NCBI GenBank assembly: GCA_951406725.2
Contig: OX597826.1
Coordinates: 58,776,001 to 58,840,000 of the forward strand
DNA from: Octopus vulgaris
Lineage: Eukaryota
Reading direction: 5' to 3'
Length of the DNA: 64,000 nt
Position numbers and translations under genes: made by a program. Numbering within the stretch: position 1 is the first letter of the stretch; every line of letters starts with the position of its first letter. Shown here piece after piece: positions 55,131 to 64,000 of this stretch. A model generated the notes under the pieces. The model saw only the letters and a program-made list of their open reading frames with translations, searched no databases and was not told the origin of the DNA.

Positions 55131-55176
<46 letters not shown>

Positions 55177-55385
55177 TTATTTATATATGTATGTGTATGT
55201 ATATATATAATTTTATGTATATAGGCGCAGGAGTGGCTGTGTGGCAAGTAGCTTGCTTACGAACCACATGGTTCCGGGTTCAGTCCCACTGCGTGGCACC
55301 TCGGGCAAGTGTCTTCTACTATAGCCTCGGGCCAACCAAAGCCTTGTGAGTGCATTTGGTAGACGGAAACTGAAAGAAGTCTGTC

Positions 55386-55468
<83 letters not shown>

Positions 55469-55975
55469 CGTGCGTTTGTTTGTGTGTCTGTGTTTCTCCC
55501 CCTAGCATTGCTTGACAACCGATGCTGGTGTGTTTATGTTCCCGTCACTTAGCGGTTCGGCAAAAGTGACGATAGAATAAGTACTGGGCTTACAAAGAAT
55601 AAGTCCCGGGGTCGAGTTGCTCGATTTAAGGCGTTGCTCCAGTATGGCCGCAGTCAAATGACTGAAACAAGTAAAAGAGTAAAAGAGAGTATATATGTAT
55701 GTATATATATGTGTATCAATATTTATAAGTATGTATATGTATGTGTGTATGTATGTATCTTTTACTTGTTTCAAACAATGTACTGCGACCATGCTAGAGC
55801 AACGCCTCGAAGGGCTTCTTTCTTTTAATCGAATGAATCGACCCTAGTACTAATTATTTTAACGCTTGGTACTTATACTATGGTCTCCTTTTCTTTTTTG
55901 CTGAACTGCTAAGTTACGGTGTCACAAACAAACCAATACAGGTTGTCAAACTATGGTTGGTAGACAAACACAAAG
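54863..55975. mobile_element. SINE family A cluster: 54863-55030(-), 55223-55689(+, full length), 55757-55975(-)
   Basis: Matches to the family A consensus in alternating orientation. Confidence 0.85.
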
Positions 55976-56051
55976 ACAACAAAAAAATACATGCATAGTT
56001 ATGGACACATAAATGTATCAGTGTATGTGTGTACGCGCACGCGCGTGTTGC

Positions 56052-56111
<60 letters not shown>

Positions 56112-56122
56112 CACTCGACTTA

Positions 56123-56362
56123 TATGGAATGTTCAAAATGTCTCCCTGCAGTGAATTTTCCCTCCAAGATGTGTTTCAAAACAATGTGTAGAAGAGTCAG
56201 CTTATGTATTATGAATTGAAAATAAAGGACGACGATTTCAACCCATCTTATAAAGTTTTTTAAAGCATTGTAAAGTCTAATATATTCTTTTGTAGTCTTA
56301 TACCATCTTATAAATATTTATTTGGCAATCAAATACTGCGGAGAGACATTTTGAACATCCTG
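56123..56362. mobile_element. Tc1/mariner-type MITE
   Basis: atgttcaaaatgtctccctgcagt ... actgcggagagacattttgaacatcctg-TA inverted ends. Confidence 0.7.
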
Positions 56363-56366
56363 TATA

Positions 56367-56443
<77 letters not shown>

Positions 56444-56745
56444 TATATATATATATATACAATGTGTTTGTATATATGTGTATTATATTGGTAAACACAC
56501 ACACACACAAGAGTGTAGATGTGGATATTTTTGCGTATATGACTAAGTGGGATAAGTCAGTAAGGAACAATTGTTCTTTGTTACATATTTCACCGTAATT
56601 TTGCCATGAAAAATGCACTGGTACTTCTCTTAAGGCAATTTGGTGTCAATTTGCAAGTTTATTTTCCCATCCGCCAATCACAGCCCTACCTACATGCTTG
56701 TCAACCGACCCACCGACCTTGGTGCATATTTGTTATAGTACTTAC

Positions 56746-56837
<92 letters not shown>

Positions 56838-57021
56838 TTATCTACCTACCTACCTACCTACCTACCTACCTATGTATGTATCCATACTCAGAAAATAAAA
56901 GTCTCCAGACAATGCATACTGCAAATAAAAGTCTCCAGACAATGAATGTATGTATGTATCTATCTATCCTTCTATCTATGTACCTACCTACCTACCTACC
57001 TACCAACCTATCTATCTATCT

Positions 57022-58091
57022 AGGGCGAATGGCACCGCGAGTGTCGCGTTGCTCTCAAGCAACTCTGCCGTCCTGGGTCGACCTTAAGTGACTTCAACAC
57101 AACCAAAGCATTCTATAGGGGTTTAGTGGAGGGGAGGTACGACGACGAGCTCGGGGCGAACCTGGACGTCGACGAGGAGTACCTGACCCGCCTGTTCAGG
57201 ACGACTTTCGGGCCAGGGCCCATGGACAACTTCCAGAGATCCCTGGCCTGGCAGTGCTACCGAGAAGCGCTACCCGTTCGGGATAAGCTCTACAGACACG
57301 GCTCGAGAAACACGGGGCCGACCTGCCCGAGATGCGGTCAGAGCGACGAAACCGTTCTGCACGCACTCGTTCAGTGTCCAACAATTTCCGACCTGTGGGC
57401 TTATGTCGGTTTATCAGCTGAGTCTATCGTCAATATTGTCACGCCTCCTTCCTTCAAACGGGAAGGAAGAGCTATTTTCATCATCCTTGTGGCTATGGCG
57501 AAAGAATGTATCTGGTGGACGCGTCTGAAAGGATTGGAGACAAACACTTTCCTCTCTGGTCAATCTCTCATCAACTTCTTCAAGTACCACTTGAAAAGGA
57601 AAGTGAGAGTAGAGAGGCAAGTTTTGTCTAGCGAATGTTTTAAAAAAAGATGGGTGAATGTAGCAAGAATGGCACGTATGAATGACGAAGCCACCTTGAG
57701 CATAGTCCTATGAACCCAGAAATCGAAAACAGAGAGTTGCTTATTTGCAAAAAAAAAAAAAAAAAAAAGAAATATAAAATGTGACTTCATTGACCGAGGT
57801 TACCGTGGTCTTTTCCGTAGGCTTTTCTTTCCACGGGTAAACCTCACCTGTCCTCCCCTTTACACTTCATATTGACATTTCTGTGATAACGATCCCTATT
57901 GATCAATTTTTTTTTCCTCTCCCCCTTTTTTTTAACCCCCCTTTTTTTGTACTCTTTCTCTCCTTTTACGATCCCTTTTGATCGAAACTCCCCCTTCCTT
58001 TTTTTTTTTCTTTTTTAAACCTTCAAAAGAAAAGCTCTACCTTGTAATTTGTTCTATCTGTGTGCAGCCCTGTGTGGCTAATAAAGAAACA
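57022..58091 (+). mobile_element. 5'-truncated L1/Tx1-clade LINE (zf-RVT C-terminus plus 3' UTR) inserted in (TATC)n
   Basis: ORF 57126-57713 with LAWQCYREALPVRDKL...CPRCGQSDETVLHALVQC...LW...AKECIW (CCHC zf-RVT). Pyrimidine-rich 3' UTR ends aataaagaaac; (TATC)n on both sides. Confidence 0.88.
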
Positions 58092-58098
58092 TATCTAT

Positions 58099-58180
<82 letters not shown>

Positions 58181-58719
58181 GTCTCTCTCTCTCTCTCATA
58201 TATATATGAGTTTGTATATATGTCTGTCTTTCTCACGGTATGACTATACACATTGCACTTCCTTTCACATCTCTTTTAAGTGTGATTTTTCCGATGACGA
58301 AAGCATAATTCAGTAAGGCAACAACAATGCTCGAAAATTTACACACCCATGGCACTTGTGCAAATATGCAAGCTCGCTTGTTTCCGGAATTTAAACCCTC
58401 GACTCCTGACTTCGAACAATGTTAAAGCCTTCGCAAGAGGTGTAATTTCAAGTCACAAATGTGCATAATACTCCGACCGATGAAAGGTCCACCATCTATG
58501 CATGCTTCCAAGAAATTCGAGTTCCGCGATGGGCAAAAATTACTGCATATCAAATAACATCGTGGCAAACGCTTCTGCCATACGAATCCATTTCATTGAG
58601 TGAAGTCGTTAAGCTGGCAAGAATTAAGTACGCCCTTCATTTACAGGTATTGTCTTTCTGTATAAGATAGGCAACAGCAAATATTTAGCTCAATACCACA
58701 GATTTGCTTGTCAGTTCTT

Positions 58720-58900
58720 TTTATTTATTTCAGTCATATATTTATTTCAGCCATGCTGCAGCACGGGCCTTTAGTTGAACAAATCGACCGTAGGACTTCG
58801 ACTTTGTAAGCCTAGTACTTATTCTATCCGTCACTTTTGCTGAAACGCTAAGTTACGGTGATGTAAACACACAAACATCGGTGGTCAAGTGATGAGGGGT
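58720..58900 (-). mobile_element. SINE family A, 3' half
   Basis: Reverse complement of the family A tail. Confidence 0.7.
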
Positions 58901-58907
58901 GGCAAAC

Positions 58908-58965
<58 letters not shown>

Positions 58966-58971
58966 GTAATA

Positions 58972-59039
<68 letters not shown>

Positions 59040-59261
59040 AATAATAATAATAATAATAATAGCAATAACCCAGAAACCGGTCCACAGATGTTGATTTGTG
59101 CTCGATGGGGTGCTGGTCTCCCTGTTCGAAAATATAAGGACACAGATATTGTGTCGTATAGCCAGCTGGAAACGATGCTTCCTGGGGCTAAACAACAGTA
59201 ACAATCGTCCCATCGAGGACAGATACATTATCTCAGTAAATAGCCTGAACGCGTGTGCATC

Positions 59262-59435
59262 GTTGGCGATTTTTTCCCCTCCGTCTTGCCTTTCTTGGAT
59301 CTTTCCTTTTCCTATGTTTCTGACTAAGAGCTCCGCTCGAAACGTTAAATCCTCCTTCTTTCTTTCATTTCCTGAGCGTCCGATAACACTATACTTGTTC
59401 CACGTCCTCGCCTTGTTGTGTTTTCATGTTTGGAT

Positions 59436-59440
<5 letters not shown>
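59262..59440 (+). mobile_element. Penelope-like 3' terminal fragment with hammerhead motif (one core mutation)
   Basis: gttt-CTGACTA-agagctccgctc-GAAACGTT-aaa at 59316-59349; homologous to 15765-15957; ends at (TA)n. Confidence 0.65.
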
Positions 59441-59526
<86 letters not shown>

Positions 59527-60313
59527 TTTAAATATTAAATAATATTTATCTCTAACTGGCTGGAGTAAGTTATAAACGCTCGCCCACGCACACAGAGAGC
59601 TACGGCAAAAAACACAAACACACACACTCACACACACGCACACTCGCACACTTACACACATACAAGCACACACATAAATGCAGACACGCATACGTACGCT
59701 CATATATTAGGAACTATCCTAGCATTCCCACCAAACCAGCCGAATTCATAGAAGAACCAACAGCCATCAGAAATTTTCCTTCTAGCTAGTTTGAAACAAA
59801 GTTTCTAAGGCAATCATCGAAATTTCTGTACTTTCAGATTCGCACTTTCCGAAAATGAACTGTGGCTGGTATTGTTGACTAAAAATTTTTATGCGATGTC
59901 AGACAAACTGGTATTGTAATGAAATCTGAAAAGCCCGTTGAAAAATTGAACACAAGACAACATTTGTTAATATTTATACAAATCACAACTACCTAACATA
60001 AAACGATAAGTTATATACGTCTATGACGAATTATATCCCGATGATGAGGCGGAGAAAGTCTTGAAAAGTTCATAATACATAAAGAAAATTGAGACTAAGC
60101 CGAGTGCAAAGTATTCATGGAGGAATATAATAAAAAATGGTGGAATGAAAATGTTTGAAGTAAATCAGTAATCTTTTCATTACAACACATCTACACACAC
60201 ACACACATGTGTGCATGTCTGCCCTTGAATACACGCACACGCGTATTATAAACATATATAAATACACATATATATACATATATATACACACATTTATATT
60301 TATAAGTGTGTAG

Positions 60314-60344
<31 letters not shown>

Positions 60345-60357
60345 TAAACATATACAT

Positions 60358-60412
<55 letters not shown>

Positions 60413-60472
60413 CATTTATGTATATATATTTGTTTCTGTCTGTGTGTATGTATCTATCTACATATATATAAA

Positions 60473-60546
<74 letters not shown>

Positions 60547-60942
60547 CAGGCACATTCACGCAGGCAACCCATCTCTCCACCCTCCTACACACACAAATAT
60601 ACATTAGCGGGTCTATATGTTTACATATTCATACATATCCGAGGGTAGCTTTTCCGGAGAAGATATTTTTTCTTATATTGAACGTTTGATAATATATTTT
60701 TGTTTATTAATAAATGGCGGCTTCCGGTTTGATAAACGGAAACACTTCAAACTGAATTAATAGACACAGAATGGTTTTTATGTTATTGGTGCGTACTTCA
60801 GACGACATTAACAACGTGCGGGTGGAAGAGATGTGTGTGTGTGTGTATTTATACATACATACATACATCCATACATATATACTTACCAACCTACATCCAT
60901 CTATCCATCCATCCATCCATATATATATATATATATATATAA

Positions 60943-61142
60943 TCTTTTACTTGTTTCAGTCATTTGACTGCGGCCAAGCTGGAGCATCGCCTTTAATCGA
61001 GCAACTCGACCCCGGGACTTATTCTTTGTAAGCCCAGTACTTATTCTATCGGTCTCTTTTGCCGAACCGCTAAGTGACAGGGACATAAACACACCAGCAT
61101 TGGTTGTCAAACAATGCTAGGGGGACAAACAGAGACACACAA

Positions 61143-61225
<83 letters not shown>

Positions 61226-61368
61226 ACGGGCTTCTTTCAGTTTCCGTCTACCAAATCCACTCACAAGGCTTTGGTCGGCCCGAGGCTATAGTAGAAGACA
61301 CTTGCCCAAGGTGCCACGCAGTGGGACTGAATCCGGAACCATGTGGTTATTAAGCAAGCTACTCACCA
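60943..61368 (-). mobile_element. SINE family A
   Basis: Reverse complement of the consensus. Confidence 0.9.
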
Positions 61369-61749
61369 GATTTATATTTATATATATATATATATATGTA
61401 AATATTCACACATACACACACGCACGCATACACACACACACACACACACACACCTACACATACACATATACCCAGGCTGAGAGGATGGGAGGGAGAGAGG
61501 ACTCAACATCATCTTTTTGACACATCACTTCACTTCTGTATACTCGGACTAATTCAGAAATGGATTACCGTTGCAAAACAAAAGGAACACCACCCCACCT
61601 CCCAAAAACTAGAAAAGGGAATAATAAATAATAAAAAAAGCAAAACAAAACAAAAAAAACAACTAATAGTAATGAATCCTTAGATTTACTAACAGGGCCT
61701 GGAATGAGGTGGGGAAATGACATTGACAGGCATAACATGATGATACTAA

Positions 61750-61780
61750 AACAACAACAACAACTACTACTACTACAACA

Positions 61781-61821
<41 letters not shown>

Positions 61822-61840
61822 TACTACTGCTGCTACTAAT

Positions 61841-61872
<32 letters not shown>

Positions 61873-61995
61873 ATACTACTGCTACCACAACGACAACGAC
61901 TACTTCTAATGATGACGATGATGACGATGATGATAACGGTGGTGGTGGTTGTGATGATGGTGCTAATGATGATAGTGATGATGGTGATGATAATG

Positions 61996-62045
<50 letters not shown>

Positions 62046-62200
62046 TGATGACAATGAAGAAGAAGAAGAAGAAGAAGAAGAAGAAGAAGAAGAAAAAGAA
62101 GAAGAAAAGGAAGTAAAAAAGAAGAAAAGGAAGAAGAAGAAGAAGAAGAAGAAGAAGAAGAAGAAGAAGAAGAAGAAGAAGAAGAAGAAGAAGAAGAAAT
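61750..62200. repeat. Compound trinucleotide microsatellites (ACT/GAT/GAA)
   Basis: Directly visible. Confidence 0.9.
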
Positions 62201-62424
62201 TAAAAAAACAACCAAAAACAAATAAACCTTGAGTCACCAAAAGCAGACAGTTCGATCTACAGGTCCAATACATTATTGACTTGTCTTGATACAAATCTTT
62301 GTTTAAATGCCAAAATTTCTGTTCCTTTTGTTTTTTGGTTATTTTTTTTCCAAATTAATTCTTCAACTTTTGTCTACTCAATACTAATCAAAATGTCAAA
62401 CTATTGATGTGCTTTCTCTTAGTC

Positions 62425-62469
<45 letters not shown>

Positions 62470-62487
62470 CATTATCATTATTATTAA

Positions 62488-62885
62488 GGCGACGAGCTGG
62501 CAGAAACGTTAGAACGCCGGGCGAAATGCTTTGCGGTATTTCGTCCGCCGTTACGTTCTGAGTTCAAATTCCGCCGAGGTCGACTTTGCCTTTTATCCTT
62601 TCGGAGTCGATTAAATAAGTACCAGTTACGCACTGGGCTCGATATAATCGACTTAATCCGTTTGTCTGTCCTTGTTTGTCCTTTCTGTCTGTGTTTAGCC
62701 TCTCGTGGGCAGTAAAGAAATAGGTATTTCGTCTGCCGCTTCGTTCTCAGTTCTAATTCCGCGGAAGTCGACTTTGTCTTCTATCCTTTCGGGTTCGATA
62801 AAATAAATACCAATTGAACACTGGGGTCGATGTAATCGACAGGCTGCCTCCCCAAAATTGCTGCTCTTCTGCAAAAATTTTAAAT
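62488..62885 (+). mobile_element. SINE family B, head-to-tail dimer
   Basis: ggcgacgagctggcagaaacgttag... then a second core after the aagaaataggtatttcgtc junction. Confidence 0.88.
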
Positions 62886-63190
62886 TAATATTATTATGAA
62901 AGAGCAGTGCATGCCATCAAAGTAACACTGGGGTAAAATATACGAGGCACAGTAGACCCATCATGACTACACGTCTGATAAGGTTACACCAGGAAAGGCA
63001 TCACAATCATATGTGCGCGACATGGTGATCTCATATCAAAATAAACAGCGCATGACCTTGCAAGTGGGGCCCAGTTAGAATTTTCTTCTGGTCGAGTAGC
63101 ACATCCCTCTCAAAAGGTCCCTGAATACATGTAATGTACATATATGTGTGTATGTGTGTGTATACACTCATATATATATTTATCTGCTTA

Positions 63191-63230
<40 letters not shown>

Positions 63231-63242
63231 GCATGTACACAC

Positions 63243-63351
<109 letters not shown>

Positions 63352-63379
63352 CAATATATAATATATATTAGACAGATGG

Positions 63380-63441
63380 CACCGCCTTGAAGAATTTTTA
63401 GACGATAAAATCGACCCTCGTACTTATTTTGTTCCTGTTTA

Positions 63442-63525
<84 letters not shown>

Positions 63526-63730
63526 CATACATATACATATACATATACATATACGTATACATATACATAAACATATACATATACATATATACGACAGGTT
63601 TCTTTCAATTGCCATCTACCAAATCTACTAATAAGGCTTTGGCCGGCCCTAAGCTATAGTAAAAGATAATTGACCAAAATGCCACACATTAGAACTGAAC
63701 CCCGAACCATGTGGCTTGGAAGCCTGCGCC
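63380..63730 (-). mobile_element. SINE family A, diverged
   Basis: gcaccgcctt...tcgaccc...(TA)n...tctaccaaatc...actgaacccc.gaaccatgtgg. Confidence 0.7.
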
Positions 63731-64000
63731 ATCTAAAACATTTATAAAGATTAATTCAAGAAATAATAGCGGAAGGCGCGCAGCAGTATTAATGTGTTAA
63801 ATTACAAAACCTGATTTTGACAAATATATTCAGTCTGTTAGACTATGAAAGCTAGAGGAGAGAAAGTCATATAAGTTGTGTAAATTGAGTGTATCAGTTA
63901 CATACCTAGCCAAGAAATATATGTCTTCCGTTACGTACATGTAACGCACGATCGAGAACGAATTGAGGATGTGTGATGAGGCAAGAAGGTTTTAATGTAT

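Noticed and set aside
59170-59260. WKRC...RPIEDRYII resembling a LIM-domain continuation of the 53487 exon
   Set aside because: No in-frame acceptor with a polypyrimidine tract and no WH..C motif; probably chance.

Overview
Eukaryotic, AT-rich, repeat-saturated genomic DNA with no intact host protein-coding gene. The tRNA-derived SINE families and the extreme (TA)n/(TG)n/(ATGT)n/(TATC)n density look like an Octopus (coleoid cephalopod) genome; this is recognition, not a database result. Almost every long ORF in the track is a microsatellite artefact. The supportable content is: many copies of 3-4 tRNA-derived SINE families; truncated non-LTR retroelements (RTE/BovB-like, an RTE with C2H2 fingers, R4/Dong-like, L1-Tx1-like, Penelope-like GIY-YIG and RT pieces); DNA-transposon remnants and MITEs (mariner, Tc1, Tigger/pogo, hAT with a nested Helitron); and a ~4.2 kb near-identical duplication on both sides of a 100-N gap, probably uncollapsed haplotypes. 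Most notable: (i) a family of minimal hammerhead-ribozyme motifs with covarying stems in short Penelope-derived elements abutting (TA)n; (ii) long, near-perfect fold-back palindromes inside (TA)n tracts; (iii) a candidate 34-nt microexon (53487-53520) amid ten CGGGT/ACCCG motifs, some complementary to the exon itself; (iv) mariner derivatives built from two inverted 5' ends; (v) a Tx1-like LINE inserted in (TATC)n; (vi) a 34-bp minisatellite derived from a SINE segment, next to a (CCCTAA)n tract. Coordinates were read by hand and element ends may be off by a few bases.
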